A stretch of 64,000 bases of DNA from an uncultured Planctomycetaceae bacterium (GCA_963833985.1 CAWIAD010000001.1:288001-352000), one strand, 5' to 3'. Positions 9,636 to 21,380 are shown, counted from the first letter of the stretch. Translations and numbers: made by a program. The notes: generated by a model not told the origin, from the letters alone.

Positions 9636-11423
9636 GTGCGGTGGTCGAATGCCCTGATTCCGACGCTCAAGGAAAGCCCGGCCGACGCCGTGGCGCCCAG
9701 CCATATCTTCCTCATCCGCGCGGGCATGATTCGCCAGCTCGGCGCGGGGGCGTACACGTACCTGCCGCTGGGCTTGCGGGTGATCCACAAGGCCAGCCAG
9801 ATCGTCCGCGAGGAGATGAACGCGGCCGGGGCCATCGAGCTCCTCATGCCCGCCTTGCAGCCGGTGGAGCTCTGGAAGGAGTCGGGCCGGTTCGAGGCCT
9901 ACGGTGACCTGCTCATGAAGCTGACGTTGAGCGGGGGCCACAAGATGTGCCTGGGCCCGACCCACGAGGAAGTGATGACCGACCTGGTGCGCGACCTGCT
10001 GAAGAGCTACAAGCAGTTGCCCATCACCATGTACCAGATCCAGACCAAGTTCCGGGACGAGCCCCGGCCGCGGTTCGGCATCGTCCGCACCCGGGAGTTC
10101 CTGATGAAGGACGCCTACAGCTTCGATGCGGACCTGGCACAGCTCAATACGAGCTATGACGCCATGTACGAGGCGTATTGCCGGATCTACGACCGCTGCG
10201 GCCTGCCCTACGTGATCGTGGAGGCCGAGAGCGGCCCCATCGGCGGCGACGCATCGCACGAGTTCATGGTCCCCTGCGATACCGGCGAGGACCGGGTGAT
10301 CCAGTGCACCGCCTGCGGTTACGCCGCCAACCAGGAGCGTGCGGAGATCGGCGCTGGCGCCGCGGCCGCGCCGCGGGCGGAGACCTCCGCGCCGGCGTAC
10401 GAAGCCGTGCAGACGCCCGGCAAGCGAACCATCCGCGAGGTCTGCGAGTTCCTGAAGGTCCCCGAGGAGACCTCGGCCAAGCTGCTGGTCTACCTGGGCG
10501 ACGGCAAGCCGGTGGCCGTCCTGCTGCGGGGCGATCATGAGGCGAATGAATCGAAGCTGCGCCGCGCGATCGGTGCGGCGACGCTTGTCCCGGCGGATCC
10601 GGAGGCGATCCCGAGGGCGACCGGGGCCCCGATGGGCTTCCTTGGGCCGGTGAATATCAAGATACCGATGGTGATCGACCACGCCATCGCGGCGATGCCG
10701 TCGGTGGTTGTGGGGGGCAACGCGGTCGATGTGCACCTGAAGGGGGTGGTTCCCGGCCGCGATTTTCCGCTGGAGCGCGTGCTGGACGTGCGCAATGCCG
10801 ATGCGGGGGACCCCTGCCCGCGCTGCGGCGCCGCGCTGGTGATCCGGGCGGGGCTCGAGATCGGCCACGTCTTCAAGCTGGGCACCAAGTATTCCAGGGC
10901 GATGGGTGCGACCTACCTGGATGAGAAAGGCGCCGAGGTTCCCATCATCATGGGTTGTTATGGCATCGGCATCAACCGGATCATGGCGGGGGCCATTGAA
11001 GCCGGGCACGACCAGAATGGCATCCTCTGGCCCATCTCCCTGGCCCCCTACGAGGTCTCGCTCATTCCGTTGCAGGTGAACAACGCCGAGGTGATGAAGC
11101 TCACGGACCGGCTCGAGCAGGAGCTCAGCTCGGCCGGGATCGACGTCCTGACCGACGACCGCGACACGCGGCCGGGCGTGAAGTTCAAGGACGTGGACCT
11201 GATCGGCGTGCCGCTCCGAGTGGTGATTGGCGAGCGCGGGCTCAAGGAGGGCTCCATCGAGATCAAGTGGCGGCACGAGGCCGCAGCCCGCAATGTGCCC
11301 CTGGCCGAGGCGGCGGAGAGCATCCTTGGTGAATTGAAGGCGGCCCGGGCGGAGCTTGACACCCGTTGCCGCGAGCGGATCGCCGCGCGGGCGAGCGCTC
11401 GCGCCGGGGCCGCGCGGCCATGA
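9636..11423 (+). CDS. proS: Proline--tRNA ligase with editing (INS) domain
   Basis: GAGGAG RBS + GTG; LGPTHEE, FRDEPRPRFG, GHVFKLGTKYS, MGCYGIG. Confidence 0.97.
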   Translation: MRWSNALIPTLKESPADAVAPSHIFLIRAGMIRQLGAGAYTYLPLGLRVIHKASQIVREEMNAAGAIELLMPALQPVELWKESGRFEAYGDLLMKLTLSGGHKMCLGPTHEEVMTDLVRDLLKSYKQLPITMYQIQTKFRDEPRPRFGIVRTREFLMKDAYSFDADLAQLNTSYDAMYEAYCRIYDRCGLPYVIVEAESGPIGGDASHEFMVPCDTGEDRVIQCTACGYAANQERAEIGAGAAAAPRAETSAPAYEAVQTPGKRTIREVCEFLKVPEETSAKLLVYLGDGKPVAVLLRGDHEANESKLRRAIGAATLVPADPEAIPRATGAPMGFLGPVNIKIPMVIDHAIAAMPSVVVGGNAVDVHLKGVVPGRDFPLERVLDVRNADAGDPCPRCGAALVIRAGLEIGHVFKLGTKYSRAMGATYLDEKGAEVPIIMGCYGIGINRIMAGAIEAGHDQNGILWPISLAPYEVSLIPLQVNNAEVMKLTDRLEQELSSAGIDVLTDDRDTRPGVKFKDVDLIGVPLRVVIGERGLKEGSIEIKWRHEAAARNVPLAEAAESILGELKAARAELDTRCRERIAARASARAGAARP

Positions 11424-11704
11424 AGGCGAGCGACCCCCTGCCCCGTCTGCCGTACCTGCTGCTGGGCGCGCTCACGGCCGTCGCGTTTGGCGGGCCGTTC
11501 GCCATCGTCGCCGTGGTGTGGGGCGGCCCGAGCGCGCGCTGGCCGCCGGACCGGCTCATCGAGTGGGCAGTCCTGGCACTTGTTTTCGTGCTCTTCGTGA
11601 TTCTCTTCGTCGCCTGTGTGAGCATCCGCCTCTGGTACCATCCGGCCAGCGCCCGCTGCATCACGCCGGCGTCGTCACCGAGGGACGACGATGTCAAGCG
11701 GTAG
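11420..11704 (+). CDS. Small 2-TM membrane protein
   Basis: ATGA overlap with the proS stop; two hydrophobic segments. Confidence 0.65.
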   Translation: MKASDPLPRLPYLLLGALTAVAFGGPFAIVAVVWGGPSARWPPDRLIEWAVLALVFVLFVILFVACVSIRLWYHPASARCITPASSPRDDDVKR

Positions 11705-12845
11705 CGCGTGGGTCCTGGTTCGTGCCGGGTTGGTGCTGGCGGCAGTGTCGTTCTTGCTCTCCGCGGTGTGTTGCGCCGCCGCCCGGCGCTTTGCCCTGCG
11801 GCTCGGCTTTCTGGACCGGCCGGGGGGGCACAAGGGGCACCAGGTTCCGGTCCCGCTGGGCGGGGGCGTGGCGATCTGGCTGGCGACGATGGCCGTGCTG
11901 GGCGGCTGCGGCTTGCTGGTGTTCCTGCGCGGCTCCGAGTTGCCGCCGCCGATGGCCGAGCATATCACCGCCGCCGGGCTGTTCAGCCGGGCCGGGGAAC
12001 TGTTCCTGATCCTGGCACTGGCGACGGTGATCATGGTGATGGGGCTGGTGGACGACCGCAGGAGCCTGGACTGGCGGCTGCGGCTGGGCATCCAGCTCGG
12101 GTGTGCCGTCCTCCTGGCCGCCTCGGGAGTGCGCGTCACGCTCTTCTGGCCGTTCTCGCATCCGCTGCTGGGTGGAGCGGTGACGGTGCTCTGGGTCGTG
12201 GGGCTGACCAACTCGATCAACATGCTCGACAACATGGACGGCCTGGCCGCCAGCGTGGGGCTGATCGCCGCGGGTCTCTTCTGCGTGGGCCAGGTCACCG
12301 CCGGCAGCCTGTTCGCGCCGGCCGTTTTGCTCATCGTGATGGGGGCGCTGGGCGGTTTTCTGCTGCACAACCACGCACCGGCGCGGCTGTACATGGGCGA
12401 TGCCGGCAGCAACTTTCTGGGCTTTCTCCTGGGAGCGATGACCGTTGCGGGGACGTATCACGTCTGGGGCGTCGACTCTCCCTTCAGCGTGCTGGCGCCC
12501 TTGCTGGTCATGGCCGTGCCGCTTTATGACACGACGTCGGTGGTGCTGATCCGCCTGCGCGAGGGGCGAAGCCCGTTCCAGGGCGACCGCAGGCATTTTT
12601 CGCACCGGCTGGTCGCGCGCGGCTTGACGCCGGCGCAGGCGGTCTGGACGATTGACCTGGTGACGCTGGCCAGCGGGCTGGGCGCTCTGCTGCTGCACCG
12701 GCTGGACGGATGGGGAGCGGGACTGGTCCTGGCGCAGACGGCCTGCTTGCTGGGTCTGGTGGCAATTCTCGAGCAGACTGGCAACGGGCCGCAGACCCGC
12801 CCCGAGCCAGGGCGCGAGCCCGGCGAGATCAAGGCACTGGCATGA
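11691..12845 (+). CDS. MraY/WecA-family polyprenyl-phosphate HexNAc-1-P transferase
   Basis: GLVDD, NSINMLDNMDGL, YMGDAGS, DRRHFSHRL; multi-TM. Confidence 0.9.
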   Translation: MSSGSAWVLVRAGLVLAAVSFLLSAVCCAAARRFALRLGFLDRPGGHKGHQVPVPLGGGVAIWLATMAVLGGCGLLVFLRGSELPPPMAEHITAAGLFSRAGELFLILALATVIMVMGLVDDRRSLDWRLRLGIQLGCAVLLAASGVRVTLFWPFSHPLLGGAVTVLWVVGLTNSINMLDNMDGLAASVGLIAAGLFCVGQVTAGSLFAPAVLLIVMGALGGFLLHNHAPARLYMGDAGSNFLGFLLGAMTVAGTYHVWGVDSPFSVLAPLLVMAVPLYDTTSVVLIRLREGRSPFQGDRRHFSHRLVARGLTPAQAVWTIDLVTLASGLGALLLHRLDGWGAGLVLAQTACLLGLVAILEQTGNGPQTRPEPGREPGEIKALA

Positions 12846-15319
12846 CGAGGCGCGGCGCGAGATCTCCGGCGAACCCACGCGCCCCGGACGTTCCGTCTGG
12901 CCCGCGCGGCGACACGAGCGCCGGTGGACCCGGAAGTGCGGCACCCGCGGGCCAGAGGCGATACTCCAGCGGCCCGGACGACGACCGCGCCGGCTCGCTG
13001 GGCGAAGGCATGCGGCGCGTGGCCCTGGGCGGGTTCGCGGCGCTGGCGACCTGCCGCGCGTACTGGCCCAGTGAGCTGGACCCCAACCAGGCTTCGGGAT
13101 CGGGGCTTGCCTGGACGCTGGCCTTGATGGCGATGGCAGGACTGGCCGTGGCCGGTGCGCTGGTCGAGGGGCGGTTCCGGTTCCGCTGGTCGTGGACCGA
13201 CGCGGCCGTGGTGGCGCTGGTGCTGCTTGTCGGGCTGAGCTCGACGCACGGGCTCGATCGCCGGCTGGCAATCAATCTCGCCTGGGAGTGGGCCGGACTG
13301 GGGATCGCTTACGTGCTGGCCCGCAACTTGCCGCGGAGTCCGGGAGAATCTCGTGTGCTGGCCGGCGCGCTGGTCGCCTCGGCGGTGGCCGTTTCCGCAT
13401 ACGGGCTCTACCAGGCGAAGGTGGAGATACCTCAGCTTCAGGAGCGGTTCCGGCGCTATCCCGCGCAGGTGATGCTCGAGGCGAAGGTACCGGCGGACCC
13501 GCAGCGAATGCGCGTCTTCGCGGATCGAGTGCTCGGCTCCAACGAGGTCTTCGCGACGTTCGGCCTGGCGAACTCGCTGGCCGGCTTCCTCGTCGGGCCG
13601 CTTGTGCTTGTACTGGCGCTGGTGATTCGCAACCTGGGAGATCGAGATGCCCCCGGCTCGCGGTGGTTGGCGATCGGCCTGGCGCTGCCGCCCCTGCTCT
13701 GCCTGCTCACCTGCCTGATCCTGACCAAGAGCCGCAGCGCTTTCATCGGTCTGTTGATCGGCTGCCTGCTGGTTCTGTGGCAGGAGCGAGGGCGCCTGCG
13801 GCCACGGCTCCTGGTGGGTTCTGGCCTGGCCGGTCTGGCGGTGATCGTCGCGCTGGGGACAGCGGCCTGGGCCGCGGGCCGGCTTGATCGCGAGGTGCTC
13901 ACGCAGTCCACGCTGTCGATGCGTTATCGCTGGGAGTACTGGCAAGGCACCTGGAAGATGCTCACCGCAGCGTCGCCAGGTGCGGACTCCGGGACGTTCT
14001 GGACGGGGGTCGGGCCGGGCAATTTCGCCTTCCACTACCTGCTGCACAAGCTGCCACAATCGAGCGAGGAGATTCAGGATCCGCATGACCTGTTCCTCGA
14101 CGTTTGGGCCACAGCCGGGTTCTGGGCGCTGCTGGCCCTGCTGGCCGCGCTCGGCCTGGCGCTCTGGAACCTGCTTGGCGGCGCGGCCCTGCGCCGGAGA
14201 GCGGCGGGAAGTTCGCCGGAGCGAAGGCAGCGTCCGACCGATGTTCCACGGGAAACCACGCCGGGGGTGTCCGCGAAGTCTCTGGCCCCGGCTGGCGGCC
14301 GGCTGGGCTGGCTGACCCGGTCAGCCGGGCTGGGCCTTGTCGCGGTGTTCATCGTGGGCCAGATGAACCTGTTCGAGGGGGACCTGCTCATACGCTGGCT
14401 GATCCTGACGGCGAGCTGGCTGTGCGCGGTCCTGCTGGGGCAGGCTCTCTGGAGACGCACGCCCGTGCCGGCCCCGGTGCTGGGCGCTGCCGTGGTCGCC
14501 TGCGTGGTGAACCTGCTGGCTGCCGGGGGCATCGGCATGCCCGCCGTCGCGCTGGCGCTCTGGCTGCTGGTCGCGCTGGGATTGAACCTGCGCGAGGATC
14601 GCGCGTGCGCGCGGCTGCGCGAGTACGACGGCCGGCTCCCCGCCTTTGCCCTGGCGCTCGTCTGGTCGGCCCTGGCGGGCTCGTACTTCGGTGCGATCGT
14701 GCCGTACTGGCGGAGCGAGGCCGCCCTCGTTCGTGCCGATGTCGCCCTGGCTCATCGTCCTCCGGAGCTCGAGCAGGCCCAGTCGGCGTACGACGCCGCC
14801 AAGGACGCCGACCGTTACGCGGCCCGTCCCTGGCTGGGCGACGCGTACCTTCAGCTCCTGATCTGGGAGTCGCGCGGATCGAAGGCCGACGACCTCCGCT
14901 GGAAGAAGATCCCCGCGCTGCTGCTGAAGGCGGCGTCGGCACCGCGGAATCCCGACGCGTGGTCCCTGCACAGCCAGCGCGCCCTGGTGATCCGCGACCT
15001 GCTGGCGAAGGTTGGTCCGACACTCCCACCCCGGGAGATCATCGCCCTCAAGGCCAGCATTGTCGAGGCGACGAGAACGGCCTCGCGGCTCCATCCCACC
15101 AACCCCGCCCTGCACGCGCGCCTTGCCGAAGCGAGCGCGGAGATCTCCATGTTCCATGATGCCGCGGCCGAGGCCCGGGAGGCGCTCCGGCTCGACGAGA
15201 TCCTCGCCAGCCACCGGCATCGCGACAAGCAGCTATCGCCGGCCCAGCGTGCAGCGCTGCTTGAGAAGCTGCCAGAGTGGACCGAGCAGGCGGAACGGTT
15301 CAAGCTGCAATTGAGGTAG
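12842..15319 (+). CDS. O-antigen ligase (Wzy_C) family membrane protein with helical C-terminus
   Basis: LTKSRSAFIG, GVGPGNF, DPHDLFL motifs; ATGA overlap. Confidence 0.85.
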   Translation: MTRRGARSPANPRAPDVPSGPRGDTSAGGPGSAAPAGQRRYSSGPDDDRAGSLGEGMRRVALGGFAALATCRAYWPSELDPNQASGSGLAWTLALMAMAGLAVAGALVEGRFRFRWSWTDAAVVALVLLVGLSSTHGLDRRLAINLAWEWAGLGIAYVLARNLPRSPGESRVLAGALVASAVAVSAYGLYQAKVEIPQLQERFRRYPAQVMLEAKVPADPQRMRVFADRVLGSNEVFATFGLANSLAGFLVGPLVLVLALVIRNLGDRDAPGSRWLAIGLALPPLLCLLTCLILTKSRSAFIGLLIGCLLVLWQERGRLRPRLLVGSGLAGLAVIVALGTAAWAAGRLDREVLTQSTLSMRYRWEYWQGTWKMLTAASPGADSGTFWTGVGPGNFAFHYLLHKLPQSSEEIQDPHDLFLDVWATAGFWALLALLAALGLALWNLLGGAALRRRAAGSSPERRQRPTDVPRETTPGVSAKSLAPAGGRLGWLTRSAGLGLVAVFIVGQMNLFEGDLLIRWLILTASWLCAVLLGQALWRRTPVPAPVLGAAVVACVVNLLAAGGIGMPAVALALWLLVALGLNLREDRACARLREYDGRLPAFALALVWSALAGSYFGAIVPYWRSEAALVRADVALAHRPPELEQAQSAYDAAKDADRYAARPWLGDAYLQLLIWESRGSKADDLRWKKIPALLLKAASAPRNPDAWSLHSQRALVIRDLLAKVGPTLPPREIIALKASIVEATRTASRLHPTNPALHARLAEASAEISMFHDAAAEAREALRLDEILASHRHRDKQLSPAQRAALLEKLPEWTEQAERFKLQLR
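14242..14257. promoter_or_regulatory. parS-like site
   Basis: TGTTCCACGGGAAACC versus consensus TGTTNCACGTGAAACA (2 mismatches). Confidence 0.55.
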
Positions 15320-15487
15320 AATCACCATCACGCTTCAGTGCATGCCAGGCGTGCCTGTCCGCAAGGTCGCTAAAACTGCTTCAAGCGTGTCGACCGCGCC
15401 GGCCGATAGAGAGGAGGTCAAGCGTACGGGCGAGTGCGTTCCTGGCAGGATGCCAGCACAGAGGGCGCCTCGATCGAGGAGGCAGGG

Positions 15488-17374
15488 ATGTTGGACCGAA
15501 TCTGGAAGGCAAGCACACGTGCGGTTCGGCCCGGTGCTGGGTCGCGCAGCGGTACCCGGATGGCGCGCCAGCGGCCCCTGGTCGAGCTTCTGGAATGCCG
15601 GCAACTCCTGACCGCGGCGCTGGCGCCCATCAGCAATCTGACGGTGCCCGCGCAGCAGGGTTACCAGCTTGCCCTCAACGGCAGTGGCAGCACGAGCAGC
15701 AACCAGAACTTCACGGTCAAGTCAAGCAACCCGGACATCCAGGTCTCCGTGGCGCAGGGAAAGTTCTGGACCGTCACCGTCTCGCACTCTCCGGCCAACA
15801 GCACGGACGTCACCATCAACCATGAGACAATGACGTTCCAGCTCTTTGGCGACCTGGTCCCGCAGACGACGTCCCGGATCGAGACGCTCACCAACGACGG
15901 ATACTACACCAACGGCTTTCCCAACAAGATACCGCCCGTACCCGCCGGTCAGTACATCCCGCGCATCACGTCGGTCGCCTCGTCGGGCTTCGCCGCCATC
16001 CAGGGAGGCTCCAGCAGTGCCACCAGCACGGCTTCCTCGAGCGGCCTGACGCCGATCGCCACCGAGCCCGTGCAGCAACTGGCCTTCACGGGCGCGTACC
16101 AGCTCGCCATGGCCAACACCGGACAGCCCAACAGCACCGACGCGCAGTGGTTCGTCACCAGCAGCACGGTGACTCAAAGCATCCAGCAGGCCTTTGATTA
16201 CAACTACACGATCGCCGGCCAGCTCGTCTCCGGCCAGACGACCGTATCGGACCTGTCCAAGGTCGCCGTCACGACGAATTCGGGTGGTGAGAACTCGCAA
16301 CCGATCACCCCGGTGGTCATCAACGCCGTCTCGCTCTCCACGTCGAATCCCAACGGCGTTGTGAACATCAATACGTCGCATGCCACGGCGGGCGAGACGG
16401 CCACCATCACCGTGACGGCGACCGACCCGACCGATCACACGACGGCCACGCGAACCTTCACCGTGACCGTGGGGGCCTACACAGGGCCGACCAGCCCCGT
16501 GATCAATTTCGCACCCCTTGCCAGTCCCGTGTCCGTGGGAACGGGGCTGAATTCGCCAGTCACCGTCCAGCTTGCCGGCAAGAGCGGCTATCCCAATTCG
16601 TCCACACCGGGAACCTTGACCTACCAGCTTGTCTCGCAGCCCACGCACGGGACGATCAGCCAGTTCGATGCCTCGACCGGTTCGCTCGTGTACACACCGA
16701 CCACGAACACCTACGGCACCGACACGTTCCAGTACAAGGTTTCGGCGACAGGCCCGCAGACGAATCCGGCCACGACGACCAGCCTGAATGCAACGGTCAC
16801 CGTCACCACCGGGGCGGGCAACACCGGAGCAGTGCACCTGATCACCACGAAGCAGAGCGGCAGCAACGTCCTCGTGATAACGCCTTTGCCACGCACCGAT
16901 CACGGCACCGATAACATCAATGTCGCGCAGGTCGCAGACTCATCCGTTTCCGGCGGCCAGAAGATCGTGGTCACGGTCAACGGAGTTCCTGACCTGACGC
17001 AGCCCACGGCAAATTCGCTGTACCAGATTATCGTTTTCGGTGGCAAGGCAAGCACCGACGTCCAGGTCGATCCGAGCGTCTCAGCGACGATTCCGGTCAC
17101 GCTCGATGGCGGGCATGGCGGCAAGAACGTCATCAAGGCGGGCGCTGGACCGACCCGAGAACACGGCTGGTTCGGCTATTCCCTGCTGATCGGCGGCACC
17201 GGGAGTGACACGCTGATCGGCCGCAAGGGCCGCGTCGGGTTCCGTCCCACGTCCACCACCAGGCTGATCTACGCGGGCAAGGTCGAGCCCCGGGCGAAGC
17301 ATCGCTCGGTCGCTCCGGCCGGGACTTATTACCGCTACGTCAAGGGCCGGCTGGTTCCCGTCCTGACCACCTGA
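15488..17374 (+). CDS. Secreted cyclophilin-like peptidyl-prolyl isomerase with Ig/cadherin-like domains
   Basis: LVELLECRQLL planctomycete-type motif; PRI..IQGG, LAMAN, DAQWFVT, NYTIAGQLV; Thr-rich beta domains. Confidence 0.75.
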   Translation: MLDRIWKASTRAVRPGAGSRSGTRMARQRPLVELLECRQLLTAALAPISNLTVPAQQGYQLALNGSGSTSSNQNFTVKSSNPDIQVSVAQGKFWTVTVSHSPANSTDVTINHETMTFQLFGDLVPQTTSRIETLTNDGYYTNGFPNKIPPVPAGQYIPRITSVASSGFAAIQGGSSSATSTASSSGLTPIATEPVQQLAFTGAYQLAMANTGQPNSTDAQWFVTSSTVTQSIQQAFDYNYTIAGQLVSGQTTVSDLSKVAVTTNSGGENSQPITPVVINAVSLSTSNPNGVVNINTSHATAGETATITVTATDPTDHTTATRTFTVTVGAYTGPTSPVINFAPLASPVSVGTGLNSPVTVQLAGKSGYPNSSTPGTLTYQLVSQPTHGTISQFDASTGSLVYTPTTNTYGTDTFQYKVSATGPQTNPATTTSLNATVTVTTGAGNTGAVHLITTKQSGSNVLVITPLPRTDHGTDNINVAQVADSSVSGGQKIVVTVNGVPDLTQPTANSLYQIIVFGGKASTDVQVDPSVSATIPVTLDGGHGGKNVIKAGAGPTREHGWFGYSLLIGGTGSDTLIGRKGRVGFRPTSTTRLIYAGKVEPRAKHRSVAPAGTYYRYVKGRLVPVLTT

Positions 17375-17428
17375 GCCGGCCACCGGCTCCGAGCGACGCG
17401 AGCGACGCACCACTGGCCGTGCCGATAG

Positions 17429-20400
17429 CTACTCGCCGCCGGCCGGGCGCGTCTGGAACTCGCGGAGGTACTCCTGGAACTCAGGCGTGTCGGGCCTTCG
17501 CACGCCAGGAGCGAAAGGAAACGCGGGCATCCCCCGCCAGGGCAAAGGCTCAACGGTGTCGCTCGTGGCCGTGAACGGGTCCGCATCCTTGCAGTAGCCG
17601 AACGACCGCAGCACGTAGCAGCGCGTCCAGCCCGGAGGGAGCGCCGGTAACCCCGCGGCGCTGAACTCGAGCCGGACCTCGTCACCGGGACCGACGACGC
17701 AGAAGCGGTCGTCGTCGGCCCGCAGCAGGCACGCCACGTCGCCATGACGCGTCAACTTTCCCGCCATCCGCGCCAGCGGTGCGGGGTCGACGTGGTCATA
17801 ATCGTAGACCAGGGGCAGCCGTCCGTCCGGCGAGATCTCCCGGGTGTAGCCGCGCGGGCCCAGGACGGCTCTGGAGACGGGCAGGGTGGTCACCGCCAGA
17901 GACCTTTCGGCGGAACGATCGCGCACGGCGACGAATGCCTGGTCGTAATAGCATTCCATGTTCGTGGTGATGCGCAGCACGGAGCGCTTGCCGCCCAGCT
18001 TGCCCGTGAGGTCAAGCGTGGTGAGCCGCGGAAGTCCGGCGGGATAGCCGGCGTGGGGCTCGATCAAACGCCAGGTGCCGTCGTCTTCCTGCCGTTCCAC
18101 CGTGGGCGGCTTGAGGGAGATTCCCGCGGTCGCGGCCGCGTAATTGGTCTGCGAGTAGGGATACTCGACCCATCCGGCCAGGCAGAGGATGAGGGATTCC
18201 CCCGGCCCGAAGCGGTTCAGGCGATCGCCGAAATCGAGGATGATCCCATGCGACTGGGCGTAGCCGATCCAGCCGTCGAGCCTGGCGAAGCTGTCAACGG
18301 TCTGACGGTCCCACTGCTGGAGGGCAGCCGTCACGTCGCGCCCTGCCAGGTCGGTCGCGTGCGCGGGGGTGATGGACTGACGCCAGGCCAGGACTTGCCC
18401 GGTGGGCCTGGGACCTGTCGGCGCGAACCGTTCGTCCACGGCCGTGGCCACTCCGGGCGGACGGTCGATCACGTCCAGCTTCAGATGATCGAGATACGCA
18501 ACCTCGTCCATGGGCTCGGTGACCGAGAGCCGGAATACCCCCTGCTCGGCCTTGAGCTGGTCCGATGCGATGGCCACCGCCTCGTCGCGATCGGGCTGGC
18601 TGTAAACCCCGGGAGCCACCAGGTAGCCCAGTCCGCCTCCGCCCAGGAAATCGCCCAGACAGACGAAGCGCTCTCCGTTCCACGTGAAAAGTACGGGACA
18701 GCTCCCCGTCTTGCGATTGTTCTCCGCGAGCGGAAGTTTTTCGTTCGCGGCGACATTCAGCTCGCACTGCATCACCCCGTCGGGCCAGCGCAGGTGAACG
18801 AGGTCAGCGGCCATCCGCTTGCCCAGTCCCAGGACGACCGGACCGATGGACTGGGCGAGTCCCGACTCCGGCGTGGTGTGGTCATAGCAGACCTGGATCC
18901 CCTGTCCCTCGACCAGCACGCGCGTGCCGATGCCGTGCGAGTTGGTACGCATGAGCTGCGGCTTGACGCCCCAGTGGCCGCCAAGCTGGAGGGCCAGCCA
19001 GTGATGGCCGTTGCCCAGGTTGCGTGCGACAGCCGGCGGAGCGCCCGCGCGCACGATGAGCAGATCGGGCAAGGCGTCGCCGGCCAGGTCGGCCAGCGCC
19101 AGGCCGACTGCGCCGGGGGTCTCGAGCGTCACCAGGAGGTCGCGCCCGGTGAGACGGCTGCCCTCGTTGCGCGCCCAGGCCAGCGGCCCGCGGCCCGGAT
19201 CGGAGTCTGCCGGCCTCGAGGCCGCGGCCCTCAGCCCGACCAGGTCCGGCAGGCCATCGAGGTCGAGATCCGCCGCGATCGCCGAGCGCCATGCCCCCGC
19301 GCTGGTCGGTACTGTCTCCAGGGAAATCCGCGATTGCCCGTCGGTGGGCGCCCGCCCGGTCGTGTTCCGCAGGGCCAGAACCTTCCCCCGGACTCCCGGC
19401 GCGACCAGGTCAGGACGGCCATCCTGGTCCAGGTCCGTGACGAGGATCCCGGAGGCAAGGTGCGTGGCAGCGACGTCCTTGAGCTCCACCTCGTGGAAGG
19501 TCCCCAGCCGGTCGTTGAGCACGGCCTTCAGCGCGGTTCCGTCGGCGGGCAGGACGAGATCGAGGTCGTGGTCGCCATCAAGGTCAAGGGCCGCCACGCC
19601 CGTGTGCGGCGCAGCCCCACCGGCGAGCGCAACGCTGCCGGGCCAGGGGCTGAGTGCCAGCGAGAGGCCGCTCTTCGCCTTCACATTCTCCCAGGCCACC
19701 GCCAGCGGTGCCCATGCCGGCGCAGGGCTGCCAGGGATCGGCTCCGGCTGACCGTCGTTGCGGTAGACTGTGTTCGGCAGGCCAGGAGGCGAGGGCTGAT
19801 CGGCGTGGAAGGCTCGCTCGGCGTGCTCCGCCGCGCAGTAGTTCACGACGTAGAGGTCGAGGTCTCCGTCCTGGTCCAGGTCCAGCCACCGCGCCAGCAG
19901 CGCCAGGGCCGGCGGACCTGGAGATTTGAGGATCTCGGTCCGGTCCTCGAACGCCTTGCCTTCCTTGTTGCGGAGCAGCCTGTTCTTGCCCACGCCGGTG
20001 AGAAACAGATCGATGTGCCGGTCGGCGTCGAAGTCGGCGGCGGCCACGCCCACGCTGGCCTGGTCAGGAGGCAGGCCGAAGGCCAGGGCACTCTCCTGAA
20101 AGCGTCCGTTGCCCAGGTTCAGAAGCAGGGCGTCGCGCAGACCCTTGGGACCGACGACCGCGGAAGTCAGGTAAAGGTCCAGTTGACCGTCGCCATTGGC
20201 GTCGAAAGCGGCCACCGCGGCGCCGAAGCGGTCGCGAATCCGGCCGATCACGGCGTGCGTTCCCTGGTAGTCCTCGGCCTTCGCCCAGCGGTCGCCGGCG
20301 GCAAGCTGCACGTCGAGGGCGCGGGCGGGCTCGAACCGCGGAGGCACCGCCGCCGATTCCGCGATGACCTCGGGCCGCGGGAAGGGGCTGAGGATCGTGG

Positions 20401-21246
20401 CGTATTTCCCCATCTCGCCGTACACCTTGGTGGCGGTGTTTCCTGGTCCCGGGACCGGATGCGGCCGGTCGGGGTTGATCTTGTCCCAGCGCTCCAGCAG
20501 CTCTTTCTGCTTCTGCGGCTCTCCGGCCAGCCGCGAGACAAAAGACAGCTTGTAGATCGCCTGGGTGAGATAAGGGTCCAGCTCGATCGCCCTGGCGTAA
20601 AGCGCAGCCTGCTGCCTGGCGATCTTGGGGCTGGTCGACAGCAAGGGATTGTCCGGATCGGTGAGCGTGCTGGCCCGCCAGTACCACGAGACGGCGTCGT
20701 TCGGGTCGATCTCGGTCACGCGGCGAAAGTGCTTGTGAGCGGCCGGCAGGTCGCCCTGTTGCTCGAGGATGATGCCGGTGCAGAAATGGGCGTAAGGGTT
20801 GTCTGGCTGCCGCTCGAGGACGCCGGCCAGAAGCTGTAGAGCCTCATCGAAATTGCCAAGTCCTGCGCCCCTCCGGACTTCTTCGACGCCTCCACTTCCT
20901 CACCCGTCATGTTCAGCAGTGCGATCGACATGTTGATGGAGCCGGGAATCCACCCGGGGGCGCGCCGACGGACCTCGCGAAAGGCCTTCGCCGCCTTGCC
21001 GTACTCGTACTGCTCCATGTAGCCCATGCCCTGGAAATGGGCCTCCAGCACCGCCCCGAGCTCCGCGGCCGGAATCTCGTCCCGGAGCGGTTCGGCCTGC
21101 TTGGCCGCCGGTGCCGCGGCGGAGGAAGCTGTACTGCCGGGGGGAGGAGCCGCGGGCTGGTCGTGGGTCTGGCAGCCGGCGGCCGCCAGAAAGCCCACAC
21201 CGACGAGCAGCGCCACAGTGCGCTGACCCGGACGTGAAGAACGCAT
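17429..21246 (-). CDS. TPR + FG-GAP/ASPIC-UnbV (CRTAC1-like) lipoprotein; one frameshift near 20870
   Basis: Lipobox LAAAGC; DxDxDGxxD repeats; SCPVLF; one extra G in GGAGGGG joins ORFs 20716-21246 and 17429-20719 through GNFDEALQLLAGVLERQPDNPYAHF. Confidence 0.85.
18676..18691. promoter_or_regulatory. parS-like site
   Basis: CGTTCCACGTGAAAAG. Confidence 0.55.
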
Positions 21247-21364
21247 CGTTGAGAACCTCGCTGTCCAGAGAATGATCGAAACGAAGAACGGAGCGCGCGG
21301 CCGTGCGAAGATTCGAAGGCCCTGGAGAATTCAGGCTGGCGCCACGGATCATGGAAAGTATTCG

Positions 21365-21380
21365 GGTTTCACGTGGAACG
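21365..21380. promoter_or_regulatory. parS-like site
   Basis: GGTTTCACGTGGAACG at the nitrilase stop codon. Confidence 0.7.

Noticed and set aside
17744..20839. Very long antisense ORFs (also 43308-46679, 50166-52505, 9210-11276)
   Set aside because: Typical high-GC shadow frames opposite well-supported genes, with no recognisable motifs
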